Of a DNA stretch of 64,000 nucleotides, positions 29,909-39,772 are shown piece by piece; position 1 is the stretch's first letter, and the number at the start of each line of letters is the position of its first letter. A model generated the notes under the pieces. It was not told the origin of the DNA. It ran no database searches and saw only the letters and a list, made by a program, of their open reading frames with translations. Made by a program: the position numbers and the translations under genes. Source of the stretch: Gammaproteobacteria bacterium (GTDB taxonomy: Bacteria > Pseudomonadota > Gammaproteobacteria > Poriferisulfidales > GCA-002705445); assembly GCA_018674175.1 (NCBI GenBank), contig JABHAT010000016.1, forward strand, positions 1,463 through 65,462. The letters run 5' to 3'.

Positions 29909-30615
29909 TGAAATTAATAGTAAAATCGATTTTATATGGATTATATTTTACAAAAATATTTGTAAAGGGTTATCTGCCAGTAGTTATATATTTAGTACTA
30001 TCTCAGTTTTTAATCATGAAAACTCAGAATATATTATTAGTGGTATTATTTTTTCTAGGCTACCTTATTGTTTCAATACCAATAGCTCTAAATATTTTTA
30101 GAAATATAATTTCTAAAGAAGATCTTCTGAATGATTATTTATATTTTTTCAGGCAAGAATATACAGGGCTATTTATAAAAAAAATATTCTATTTGCTTAT
30201 TTCAATTATCATAATATATACAGCACATATAATCGTCTTGTCGCCATTATTTCCAACAGATATTTCTCAGATTACTATTTATTTATATATACTTTTTATG
30301 TATATGCTTTATATCTACACACGAATAATGTTTATCTTACCTGCTGCAGCACACAACATATCAAAGGGCTTAAAGGACTCTTATTTAATTAGTAAAGGAA
30401 ATTCCATAAAGATATATTTTTCATATATAGCAATAATTTTACCCTATTTATTTATAAATGTAGCAATAACTAGCTATGCAGAAAACTCAAGCAATTTTGG
30501 TTTTTTTGTAATTCCAGTTATAATTATTCAAGTTTTTTTTACTATAGTTAGTAGTGCTTTGATTGGATACATGTACAGTGATTTTTACAATAAACCTAAA
30601 GATATTACTGAGTAA
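29908..30615 (+). CDS. Polytopic membrane protein, unknown function
   Basis: 235 aa with about 6 hydrophobic helices. ATG overlaps the upstream stop (TAATG). No family recognised. Confidence 0.5.
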   Translation: MKLIVKSILYGLYFTKIFVKGYLPVVIYLVLSQFLIMKTQNILLVVLFFLGYLIVSIPIALNIFRNIISKEDLLNDYLYFFRQEYTGLFIKKIFYLLISIIIIYTAHIIVLSPLFPTDISQITIYLYILFMYMLYIYTRIMFILPAAAHNISKGLKDSYLISKGNSIKIYFSYIAIILPYLFINVAITSYAENSSNFGFFVIPVIIIQVFFTIVSSALIGYMYSDFYNKPKDITE

Positions 30616-30617
30616 AC

Positions 30618-31097
30618 TTATATTTTACTTCTAAAAAAGTTTATTACTTGGATCTCTAGATATTTCTTAATATCATCTCTAATAATGTTTTCTTCACTTG
30701 CTGAACTATTTATATTTGAAGATGAAAATTTATGATCTTTTGAAATAGAGATATTTTTTTGACCCACTAACTCTTCATTATTTTTATTAAGTATTGTCAC
30801 AACAATTCTTCCGGTAATAGTAAATTCATTTTCTGTTGCATCGCTTGTTACTGAGGAAGTTTCTTTTGTAAAGTATGGGCCTTGCACTCTTATAAAATAT
30901 TCGTAATTTTCATTCTCTATTAAAAAACCTGAGTTAATAAAAAGTTGTACTAGTGATCTTGAGGCTTGAATTTTTATTGATGCAACTTTATCAGAATTCT
31001 CACCTACAACTTCCAAACCGCCTAGCTTATATCCGCAGCCATTAGCTAGTAGCATTATAATTAACAAGATTGCCGTATTGATTTTCAAATAATTCAT
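30618..31097 (-). CDS. lptE: LPS-assembly lipoprotein LptE
   Basis: 159 aa. Lipobox LLANGCGYKL. Immediately downstream of leuS and overlapping it by 4 nt. Confidence 0.75.
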   Translation of the reverse strand: MNYLKINTAILLIIMLLANGCGYKLGGLEVVGENSDKVASIKIQASRSLVQLFINSGFLIENENYEYFIRVQGPYFTKETSSVTSDATENEFTITGRIVVTILNKNNEELVGQKNISISKDHKFSSSNINSSASEENIIRDDIKKYLEIQVINFFRSKI

Positions 31098-33511
31098 GAT
31101 ACTACTATATTAACAAGTTTACCTTTAACGTATATTATTTTTTTTATTTCCTTGTTAACCGTATATTTTTTTACCTCATCTAAGCTTAAAGATAGTTTTT
31201 CTAAATCCTCTTGAGGGATATTTGCTTCTACCTCTATTTTCTTCCTAACTTTACCATTAACTTGGATAACTATTATTATCTGATCTTCATTAATAAAATC
31301 CATATTAGCCTCAGGCCAACTAATTTCTTTATTTAGCTCGGATATATTCAACAAAGATCCTAATTCATGACATATATGAGGGGTAATAGGATTTAATAAT
31401 AAAACCAATATTTTATATGAATCAAATATAACTTCTGAGCTAATATTATTATTTTGCAATGCTTTTGTAATAGCATTAAGCATCTCCATAGAAGATGATA
31501 CAATTGTATTTAAGCTTATTCTTTTTCCATAGTCATCTGTGATTTTTAAAATCGATTTATTAATTATAATCTTTAACTTTTTCTCTTGATCCAAATCTAA
31601 ATTAGTATTGATTTTTGGTAATTTACTTATTTTATATCCTGTATTCCAAAGTTTATTTAAAAATTTATATGAGCCTTCTACGCCATGATCCGACCACTCC
31701 AGAGAGTTCTCTATAGGAGCTGCAAATATTACAAATAATCTAACTGTGTCTGCACCATATTTTTCTATTAAAGCTCCAGGGTCAACTGTATTACCTTTTG
31801 ATTTAGACATTTTAGAGCCATCTTTTAAAACCATTCCTTGCGTTATTAGGCTTTTAAAAGGCTCGTTTGATGACAGCATACCTTGATCTCTCAAAAGTTT
31901 ATGAAAAAATCTTGCGTAAAGTAAGTGCAAAACTGCGTGCTCAATTCCGCCAATATATATATCAACAGGTAGCCAATAATTAGCCTCATCGCCTATCATT
32001 TTCTTATCATCCTTAGGTGAGCAAAATCTTGACTGATACCAACTAGATTCAAAAAAGGTATCTAAAGTATCGGTCTCCCTAATAGCTTTGAGACCAGTTT
32101 TTCTACATTTAGTGTATTTCCACGTAGGATGATTCTCTAAAGGGTTTCCACCTTTGGAAAAATCAACATTATCCGGTAATTCAATTGGCAACTCACTTTC
32201 TTCAACTGCCAATATCTCACCATCTTCCCTATAGATTATTGGTATTGGGCAGCCCCAGTATCTTTGTCTAGAGATACCCCAGTCCCTTAACTTATAATTT
32301 TTAACCTGTTTCCCGTAATTATTGTTCAATAAAAAATCTAATATAGAATTTGATGCAGATATATTATCTAAATTATTGAAATTAAATGAGTTTATCATCT
32401 CACCATTACCTGTATAAACATCATTATCAGATTCTTTATTGCTAATAACCTTTATAATCTCTAAATTATATTTAACCGCAAAGTTATTATCTCTTTGATC
32501 ATGCGCGGGAACACCCATTACTGCTCCAGTTCCATAACCAGTCAAAACGTAATTAGCAATCCATATCGGAATCTGTTTATTAGTTACCGGGTGAACAGCA
32601 TAAATACCTGAAAAAATACCATCAATGTTTTTCTCATCAGATTTTTTTGAATTATTATTATTTTTTAAAAGCTTCTTGCAGAAATTTACAACATCTTGTG
32701 AGCATTTATCAACAATACTATGGTCAGCTGCTATTGCTAAAAACGTAACTCCAAAAAGAGTATCTGGACGTGTCGTAAAAACATTAATATTTTCTTCTAA
32801 AGAGGTTTTAAAATATACTTCAGCCCCATTTGACTCACCTATCCAGTTTTTTTGCATTGTTATTACATTTTCTGGCCAAGAACCTTTCAATTCATTAAGA
32901 TCTTCAAGCAATTCACTTGAGTAATCGGTGGTCTTCAAAAACCACTGTGAGATCTTTTTTTGCTCGACATCAGCGCCCGAGCGCCACCCTTTACCGTCAA
33001 TAACCTGCTCATTAGCTAAGACGGTATTATCAACTGGGTCCCAATTAACCAAAGATTCCTTTTTATAAACAAGATTTTTCTTAAATAGCTCGATAAAAAA
33101 CCACTGCTCCCACTTATAATAATCTTTAGAGCATGTGGAAATTTCTCTATCCCAATCATAGCTAAAACCTATAGATTTAAGCTGACTTCTCATATTGTCT
33201 ATATTTGAATTAGTCCATTCTTTTGGTGACAAGTTATTTTCCATAGCTGCGTTTTCTGCAGGCAGACCAAAAGCATCCCATCCTATGGGATGCATAACAT
33301 TTTCCCCTAGCATTCTGTGAAAACGAGCCAGAACATCACTAATTGTGTAGTTTCTAACATGACCTATGTGCAAGTTACCACTTGGATAAGGAAACATTGA
33401 TAGGCAATAAAACTTTTTCTTTGCGCTAACATTGGCTTTATATGTTTTATTGGACTCCCAATATAACTGGATTTTCTTTTCTATTTCTTTTGGATTGTAA
33501 TTTTCCTGCAT
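31094..33511 (-). CDS. leuS: Leucyl-tRNA synthetase
   Basis: 805 aa. HIGH (NLHIGHVRNY) and KMSKS (KMSKSKGN). Confidence 0.95.
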   Translation of the reverse strand: MQENYNPKEIEKKIQLYWESNKTYKANVSAKKKFYCLSMFPYPSGNLHIGHVRNYTISDVLARFHRMLGENVMHPIGWDAFGLPAENAAMENNLSPKEWTNSNIDNMRSQLKSIGFSYDWDREISTCSKDYYKWEQWFFIELFKKNLVYKKESLVNWDPVDNTVLANEQVIDGKGWRSGADVEQKKISQWFLKTTDYSSELLEDLNELKGSWPENVITMQKNWIGESNGAEVYFKTSLEENINVFTTRPDTLFGVTFLAIAADHSIVDKCSQDVVNFCKKLLKNNNNSKKSDEKNIDGIFSGIYAVHPVTNKQIPIWIANYVLTGYGTGAVMGVPAHDQRDNNFAVKYNLEIIKVISNKESDNDVYTGNGEMINSFNFNNLDNISASNSILDFLLNNNYGKQVKNYKLRDWGISRQRYWGCPIPIIYREDGEILAVEESELPIELPDNVDFSKGGNPLENHPTWKYTKCRKTGLKAIRETDTLDTFFESSWYQSRFCSPKDDKKMIGDEANYWLPVDIYIGGIEHAVLHLLYARFFHKLLRDQGMLSSNEPFKSLITQGMVLKDGSKMSKSKGNTVDPGALIEKYGADTVRLFVIFAAPIENSLEWSDHGVEGSYKFLNKLWNTGYKISKLPKINTNLDLDQEKKLKIIINKSILKITDDYGKRISLNTIVSSSMEMLNAITKALQNNNISSEVIFDSYKILVLLLNPITPHICHELGSLLNISELNKEISWPEANMDFINEDQIIIVIQVNGKVRKKIEVEANIPQEDLEKLSLSLDEVKKYTVNKEIKKIIYVKGKLVNIVVS

Positions 33512-33573
33512 TTTAATAATTTGTTATAATGATTTTACAAAAGTTAACATAAGTTACGTATAATGTCTGAATT

Positions 33574-34800
33574 ATGAAGATAGATAAAGAAAAAACCTTC
33601 GACTTTAATTCAAGTATTTTTTTAAGAACTTTTATTAGAGATTTTTTAAAGACTGAATCGTCATCAGGCGTTTTACTTATCATTTTTAGTATTTTAGCAA
33701 TAATTTTATCTAATACAGAATTATCAAATTTTTACTATTCATTAAAAAATAGCTATTTAACAATAAATTTTGGCGACTTTGAATTAAAAGAAACTGTTCA
33801 TCATTGGGTAAATGATGGTCTGATGTCTATATTTTTTTTAGTCATTGGCTTAGAGCTAAAAAGAGAAATGGTAGATGGTCAATTATCAACTTTTTCACAA
33901 GTATTGCTGCCAGGAATAGCAGCAATTGGTGGGATGGCTGCACCTGCTATTATCTATATACTAATAAACCAGAATGAACCTTTAGCGACATCAGGTTGGG
34001 CAATACCTACTGCAACAGACATAGCATTTTCTCTGGCAGTATTAGCTGTTCTGGGTGATAAGGTACCAGTAAGCCTAAAAATATTTTTACTTTCATTGGC
34101 CATTATTGATGATCTAGGTGCTGTTTTAGTTATAGCCTTATATTACACTGAAAACATCTCGTATATATATTTACTATATGCATCATTTACCTTAATAACT
34201 TTAATGGCATTAAATTTCTTCAATGTTAGAATAATTTCAATATATTTATTTTTAGGTTTATTCCTTTGGTACTTTATACTTCATTCGGGAGTTCATACAA
34301 CTATTGCTGGCGTTATATTAGCTGCGACAATACCTTTCTCAGTCAAAAAAAGTAGTCACTCGCCATTAAAATTTTTAGAAAAAAAACTACACATTTTTTC
34401 TGGATTTGTAATATTACCATTATTTGCTTTTTTTAATGCCGATATAGATTTAAACGCAATAAGCTTTAGTTCTCTAACAAATAGTGTTCCACTTGGGATT
34501 ATGCTTGGACTTCTGCTAGGAAAACCAATTGGAATTAGTTCTCTTACGTATTTGTCAATAAAATTTAAAATTTGTAAATTACCTGATAATATTTCTATGT
34601 ACGATGTTCTAGGAGTATCTTTTCTTTGCGGTATTGGGTTTACAATGAGTCTATTTATAAACTCCCTAGCTTTTACTCAAGGCGTAGATGTAATTAGTTT
34701 TGGTCAAGAATACTCGAAATCTGGCATATTTTTTGGGTCTATAATATCTGGTATCCTTGGCTATATAATTTTAAAAATAAGATTAAAAAAAAATGAATGA
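33574..34800 (+). CDS. nhaA: Na+/H+ antiporter NhaA
   Basis: 408 aa. IIDDLGAVLVIALYYT and WAIPTATDIAF are NhaA hallmarks. Confidence 0.9.
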   Translation: MKIDKEKTFDFNSSIFLRTFIRDFLKTESSSGVLLIIFSILAIILSNTELSNFYYSLKNSYLTINFGDFELKETVHHWVNDGLMSIFFLVIGLELKREMVDGQLSTFSQVLLPGIAAIGGMAAPAIIYILINQNEPLATSGWAIPTATDIAFSLAVLAVLGDKVPVSLKIFLLSLAIIDDLGAVLVIALYYTENISYIYLLYASFTLITLMALNFFNVRIISIYLFLGLFLWYFILHSGVHTTIAGVILAATIPFSVKKSSHSPLKFLEKKLHIFSGFVILPLFAFFNADIDLNAISFSSLTNSVPLGIMLGLLLGKPIGISSLTYLSIKFKICKLPDNISMYDVLGVSFLCGIGFTMSLFINSLAFTQGVDVISFGQEYSKSGIFFGSIISGILGYIILKIRLKKNE

Positions 34801-35821
34801 TAAAAATAGCAAAATTTATAAAACAATATTAACTATTAGTGGGTTAATTATAATATTTGCAGGCCTTAAAATTGCAGACAAAATTGTAATACCATTTTTT
34901 TTATCCATGTTTATTGCTCTAATATCTTTTCCTCTTTTAAAATTTTTCCAATCAAAAAAAATAAATACTCCGCTATCAGTGACTTTAGTTCTTGTAACTA
35001 TAATGACAGTTAGTTTAAGTATAGCTGCACTTATAGGCACTTCTTTAAATAGTTTTAGAAAATCACTGCCAGAATATAAAGAAAAAATTTATAGCGAGGT
35101 TGATAAAATTTCGGTAGTAGCAGAAAAATATGGAGTAACTGTTGACTCTAATTTTCTTTACGATTATGTAGATCCTACATTTATTATGCAGTCTGTTGCA
35201 AATACAATAAGCGCATTTGGAAATGTTCTTACAAATTACTTCTTAATATTATTTATTGTAATGTTTACTCTTCTGGAAGCAGCAGGATTTTCTAATAAAT
35301 TAAAATTGGCATTTAAAAATAGCTCAAAATCTATAACTAATTTTCATATCTTTAGTGAAAATATGAATAAGTATATATCTATAAAAACAATAGTAAGTAT
35401 AATTACCGGTCTTTTAATATATGTATCTTTAAGCTTCATTAGTCTTGATCATGCCATAATGTGGGCATTAATTGCATTCTTTCTAAACTATATACCAAAT
35501 ATTGGCTCAATAATTGCCTCTATACCTGCAATAATTATTGCTTTAATACAATTCAATTTTTATTATGCTTTGCTAGTTGCATTAATATACCTGGTAATAA
35601 ATATTGTTATGGGTAGCATAATTGAGCCTAAATATTTAGGTAAAGAGCTTGGTCTTTCGACATTAATAATATTTTTATCTTTGATTTTTTGGGGATGGCT
35701 CTTAGGTCCAGTAGGAATGCTTCTATCTGTTCCATTAACAATGATCATGAAAATTGCACTTGAAAGTAATGATGATACTAGATGGATTTCTATATTACTT
35801 GGAAGAAATATCAAGAGCTAA
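34793..35821 (+). CDS. AI-2E family transporter (PerM/YhhT-like)
   Basis: 342 aa with about 8 TM. C-terminal GWLLGPVGMLLSVPLT is typical of the family. Confidence 0.8.
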   Translation: MNDKNSKIYKTILTISGLIIIFAGLKIADKIVIPFFLSMFIALISFPLLKFFQSKKINTPLSVTLVLVTIMTVSLSIAALIGTSLNSFRKSLPEYKEKIYSEVDKISVVAEKYGVTVDSNFLYDYVDPTFIMQSVANTISAFGNVLTNYFLILFIVMFTLLEAAGFSNKLKLAFKNSSKSITNFHIFSENMNKYISIKTIVSIITGLLIYVSLSFISLDHAIMWALIAFFLNYIPNIGSIIASIPAIIIALIQFNFYYALLVALIYLVINIVMGSIIEPKYLGKELGLSTLIIFLSLIFWGWLLGPVGMLLSVPLTMIMKIALESNDDTRWISILLGRNIKS

Positions 35822-35822
35822 A

Positions 35823-36410
35823 CTACTTTGAAAAATCTTTGCAAATCTCACTTAACTTATAATATTTTTCTCTAGATGCGAGAGATATTTTTTGGGGGCT
35901 ACTATAGTAGTTATTAGAAAAATACTTATCAAGTATGTTGTCTTTTAAAAAAAATGCATTAATATGTTTTTTACAATTAAAACGAATAGATTTAATTACT
36001 ATTAAAGGAGAATTAATATTTTTTGAAATTGCCAATGCTATAGAGTCTGATGTAGCATCCCAATTATTGGGTATATTGAAATCACATACTTCTTCATATG
36101 ATGGCATCCAAACCAATAGTTTTCTTGATTTATAATTTTTTTTTATACTTCTAATTGAATTAACAACGGTAAAATCTTTAAGCTCTTCTAAATTATCCTC
36201 TGTAAAATTAGTCATTCCTTTGATTGCTAATTTATGAGCTTTAAGGTCATCATATTTTTTCTCCTTCTGGTCATACCTGATATTATCAGCGTATTTTCCG
36301 CCTCCAAAAATTATTAAAAAACTTGTGTTTCGATTAAGCCTTATTGTATTTATCCATTTTTTTATATAGTCAGTAGATTGAAGACTACCACCAATTTTAA
36401 TAACTACCAC
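35823..36410 (-). CDS. Amino-acid-kinase-fold mini-kinase, MfnE/Orf19-like (COG2054-type)
   Basis: 195 aa. N-terminal VIKIGGSL, IFGGGKYAD, WDATSDSIA are AAK-fold nucleotide/phosphate motifs. Too short for Asp/Glu/UMP or isopentenyl-phosphate kinases, but the size matches the archaeal-type kinase found in methanofuran/H4MPT cofactor clusters (recalled, not searched). Confidence 0.55.
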   Translation of the reverse strand: MVVIKIGGSLQSTDYIKKWINTIRLNRNTSFLIIFGGGKYADNIRYDQKEKKYDDLKAHKLAIKGMTNFTEDNLEELKDFTVVNSIRSIKKNYKSRKLLVWMPSYEEVCDFNIPNNWDATSDSIALAISKNINSPLIVIKSIRFNCKKHINAFFLKDNILDKYFSNNYYSSPQKISLASREKYYKLSEICKDFSK

Positions 36411-37762
36411 TTAAATTCACCATTAGAAAAATATTTTATAAATACCGATACCTTCTCAAGACTTTCATGATATTCGTCAAGTGGATCAGAGTCATAAACA
36501 ATTCCTCCGCCAGCAGCAAAACTTATTTTATTTTCAGTTAACGTTATGGTCCTAATACAAATATTTGTATCCATATTATTATTTGCATCAAAGTAACCTA
36601 CTGAACCACAATAAATACCTCTTTTTCTATTTTCTAATTCACTAATAATTTCCATTGCTCTTTTCTTTGGCGCACCAGTAATTGACCCACCAGGAAAACA
36701 TGCTTTTAATATGTCTATAGAGGTAGTTTTAGGATTTAAAGTTCCCACAACAGTACTTACCATATGATGCACTGATGTATAACTTTCAATATCAAAAAGT
36801 TTTGTTACTTTCACAGAATGTAATTCACAACATTTGCTCAAGTCATTTCTCAAAAGATCCACAATCATTAAATTTTCTGCAATATTTTTTTCATCATTTT
36901 TTAGAATATTAATTTGCTCATAATCTAAATTTTTATCAATTAATCTTTTCAAGGTTCCTTTGATAGGCTTTGTTTCTATAAGACTATCTTTAATAGAAAT
37001 AAATCTTTCTGGAGATGAACTAATAATAAATTGATCACTTACTTTAAAAAATGAAGAATATGGGGCTGGATTAATCTTTCTTAAATCTTTATAAATATCC
37101 CATGCGTTGCCACTATAATTAACTTCAAAATTCTGAGAATAATTAACTTGATAGCAATCACCACTAGAGATATATTCCTTAATCTTCAAAACATTATTGA
37201 TATATTTTTCTTCAGATATGTTTTGCTTGAAATCAGAAAAATTATAGTTATGATTATATTTTACCTTAAGATTTTCAGAACTAAATTTAGTAATAATATT
37301 ATCAACAGCAGAGTTTTTCTCTAAAAAAGTTATCCAAGTTTCTTTTTTTTCATGGTCAACGACTATTGCCCAATCATAAAAACCAACAGCAATATCTGGG
37401 AAGACCTCACTATCATTATTATCTTCATTATTGCCTGGTATCGAATTAAAAGCCTCATAACCAAAATAACCAATCATCCCATTATTAAATGGAAGGTTAG
37501 TATCAAATTTTCTTATTTTGTAATACTTTTCTAAAATACAAAGAGGATTATCATAAAACGAAGATGTTAAATTATCTTCAATTACATTGATGTGATTTCC
37601 ATTACTGGTGACCTTTACTCTTGGGTTTGAAGACAATATGTCGTATCTTCCATAATCACCAACATCATTGCAGCTATCTAAAAATATAAACCAGTCGTTT
37701 TCATGAAGTAACTCTCCATAAACACACGAATTTTCATAATACTTTATTTTTTTCTTATGCAT
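36404..37762 (-). CDS. pabB: Aminodeoxychorismate synthase component I
   Basis: 452 aa. ETKPIKGT (PabB-type catalytic Lys; anthranilate synthases have PIAGT), ENLMIVDLLRND, FPGGSITGAPKKRAMEII, GGGIVYDS. Confidence 0.85.
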   Translation of the reverse strand: MHKKKIKYYENSCVYGELLHENDWFIFLDSCNDVGDYGRYDILSSNPRVKVTSNGNHINVIEDNLTSSFYDNPLCILEKYYKIRKFDTNLPFNNGMIGYFGYEAFNSIPGNNEDNNDSEVFPDIAVGFYDWAIVVDHEKKETWITFLEKNSAVDNIITKFSSENLKVKYNHNYNFSDFKQNISEEKYINNVLKIKEYISSGDCYQVNYSQNFEVNYSGNAWDIYKDLRKINPAPYSSFFKVSDQFIISSSPERFISIKDSLIETKPIKGTLKRLIDKNLDYEQINILKNDEKNIAENLMIVDLLRNDLSKCCELHSVKVTKLFDIESYTSVHHMVSTVVGTLNPKTTSIDILKACFPGGSITGAPKKRAMEIISELENRKRGIYCGSVGYFDANNNMDTNICIRTITLTENKISFAAGGGIVYDSDPLDEYHESLEKVSVFIKYFSNGEFKW

Positions 37763-37765
37763 GAT

Positions 37766-38797
37766 TTATTTATTTATAAAGTTCATTACTGCTAATGCTG
37801 AAGTCATATTTGTATAAACTTTATCTTTGTCAATATTTTTAATAGTCACATCATCAATGTCTTCTATTAATAAATATTTTACGCCACATTTATATGATAT
37901 TTCTTCAATCAAAAATCTACCTTCACCTATCGCGGAAATCGTTATATCATCAATTTTATTAGAAAATATTATTTTAATGTTTTCAATAATCTTTGAAATA
38001 AATAATTCTTTAAAATATCTTGAAAGTACAATCAGATATTCTCTCTCTGACTCTTTATAATCTAAACCTATTATTCTTGCTAGCCTAGTAAAAGAATTTA
38101 CTTTTGTAAACTGAAGATTATCTGAACCTAAGTAATCTAACTTAGAAAAATCTATATCATCATTAAGATTAAAAATATCACCAGTTGTAGCAAAAACCTC
38201 ATTAACTAATGAAATATTATTTCCCTTATATAAGACATTATCAGTCATCATTGACAGAGGTGTTCTTACAACACCTTGGTAAAGTAATGTTTTATTTACT
38301 AATCGCATATAATCATTAATATTACTACCAATGTGCATATCTTTAAATATGATATCTGTAGTAGTGGAGCCTATGTCAATAATTAAATCAATATTATTTT
38401 TACTATTAAGAAATTTTGAAGTTAACATCCAGTTTGTAGAGAATAATTTTTCAGTTTTATTAATTGCTGAATTATAGTCTACAAATTCATTAGTATTTGT
38501 ATAATAAAGTTTATTACCAATAATGTGATTCAAGCAATTTTTTAAAATATTAGTTATACCATGTTTTCTATCAATAAAGTTATCACAAGACTCTGCTGTT
38601 ATAGTAATAAAATTATAAATTTCATAATTCTTATAAATATTAGATATATATTTAAAAAATAATTTTATATCTGAAAAATCATCCCAAACTTTAATATTTT
38701 TTGTATGAAGATTAATGATTATAAAATTTTGGTCAAATACACATACTTTTGTATTTGCACCACCAATATCCCATCCTAAATATAATTTATTTTTCAT
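37766..38797 (-). CDS. ASKHA/hydantoinase-A-like protein, MfnF/Orf20-like (COG1548, TIGR03123-type)
   Basis: 343 aa. LGWDIGGANTK, ITAESCD, IIDIGSTTTDII, LLYQGVVRTP reproduce the pattern I recall for the H4MPT-linked C1 transfer pathway protein / MfnF family. Confidence 0.6.
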   Translation of the reverse strand: MKNKLYLGWDIGGANTKVCVFDQNFIIINLHTKNIKVWDDFSDIKLFFKYISNIYKNYEIYNFITITAESCDNFIDRKHGITNILKNCLNHIIGNKLYYTNTNEFVDYNSAINKTEKLFSTNWMLTSKFLNSKNNIDLIIDIGSTTTDIIFKDMHIGSNINDYMRLVNKTLLYQGVVRTPLSMMTDNVLYKGNNISLVNEVFATTGDIFNLNDDIDFSKLDYLGSDNLQFTKVNSFTRLARIIGLDYKESEREYLIVLSRYFKELFISKIIENIKIIFSNKIDDITISAIGEGRFLIEEISYKCGVKYLLIEDIDDVTIKNIDKDKVYTNMTSALAVMNFINK

Positions 38798-39767
38798 TTT
38801 TTATTTTCTTTAAAAAAATCTCGTTATTACTAATATTAAAATTATAATTAATATTATTTAAGAATTGTATTGGGCTGAATCCTAAAGATGTATTTAAACC
38901 TATATATGATGAAGTTAATCTTGGGTTTATTTCGAGAAGAAAAATATTATTATTTTCATCAAGAATAGCATCAATACCAAAAAAACCATGGTAACCACTA
39001 AAATTTGACATAATTTTATCAACAAATAATTTAAATTCTATAATCATATGATTATATTTACCAATAAAAACTTCTTCTAATGAAATTTCATGAGGAGACT
39101 TATGCTTATAAACTTGCTCATTTATTGAAATTATTATGAATTTTTTTTCGTTAGAAACTATATTTATACTAATTATTTTTCCATTTTTATAATCTTGAAA
39201 AAAATGCTTATTTGTTATTATTTTATCACTCTCCTCTAGGTCTTTTCTATTTTCAAAGATATACAGATTCTCAGATCCTAAACCATCACTAATTTTTGCA
39301 ACAATTTTTTTATTAGAATCAATTTCTTTATAATCATGATAAATATTAATTAAATTGTCATGGCAAGATTTTATGCTGTTGTATGTATTTTTTTTACAGG
39401 TTGTGATTTTAATGAATTCACTAGAGCAATTTATTAAACATACGCCCTTTTCTTCTAGGTTATCTACGATATTATACATTTCCATATTTTCTTCGGGAGC
39501 TAAAACTAATATTTTGTCATAGTTTTGATAATGCATTTTCATATCATCTACAGAGTTTAAATCATAATCTCTTGATATGAAGTCAATATCATTAAAAAAA
39601 AAATTATTTTTTTTATTTGCTAATAATGATATCTTTGAATTCGGGTAAAGTTCTGCAAAATCCTTTATTAGGCATTTTACAATCAATTTCGCCTCATTAA
39701 GTAATAATGAAGGAGAATTTTCACTATATTCTTCACCTAAAATATGTTCGTAAACTAATATATCCAT
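38787..39767 (-). CDS. ATP-grasp ligase, MfnD-like
   Basis: 326 aa. N-terminal MDILVYEHILGE, C-terminal FGIDAILDENNNIFLLEINPRLTSSY (ATP-grasp Mg-binding E-x-N). Resembles tyramine-glutamate ligase-type ATP-grasp proteins. Confidence 0.55.
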   Translation of the reverse strand: MDILVYEHILGEEYSENSPSLLLNEAKLIVKCLIKDFAELYPNSKISLLANKKNNFFFNDIDFISRDYDLNSVDDMKMHYQNYDKILVLAPEENMEMYNIVDNLEEKGVCLINCSSEFIKITTCKKNTYNSIKSCHDNLINIYHDYKEIDSNKKIVAKISDGLGSENLYIFENRKDLEESDKIITNKHFFQDYKNGKIISINIVSNEKKFIIISINEQVYKHKSPHEISLEEVFIGKYNHMIIEFKLFVDKIMSNFSGYHGFFGIDAILDENNNIFLLEINPRLTSSYIGLNTSLGFSPIQFLNNINYNFNISNNEIFLKKIKNEK

Positions 39768-39772
39768 AATTT

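Noticed and set aside
29901-30101. 66-aa ORF overlapping the start of the 235-aa membrane protein in another frame.
   Set aside because: The longer ORF has a coupled TAATG start and continuous TM topology, so the short one is a frame artefact.
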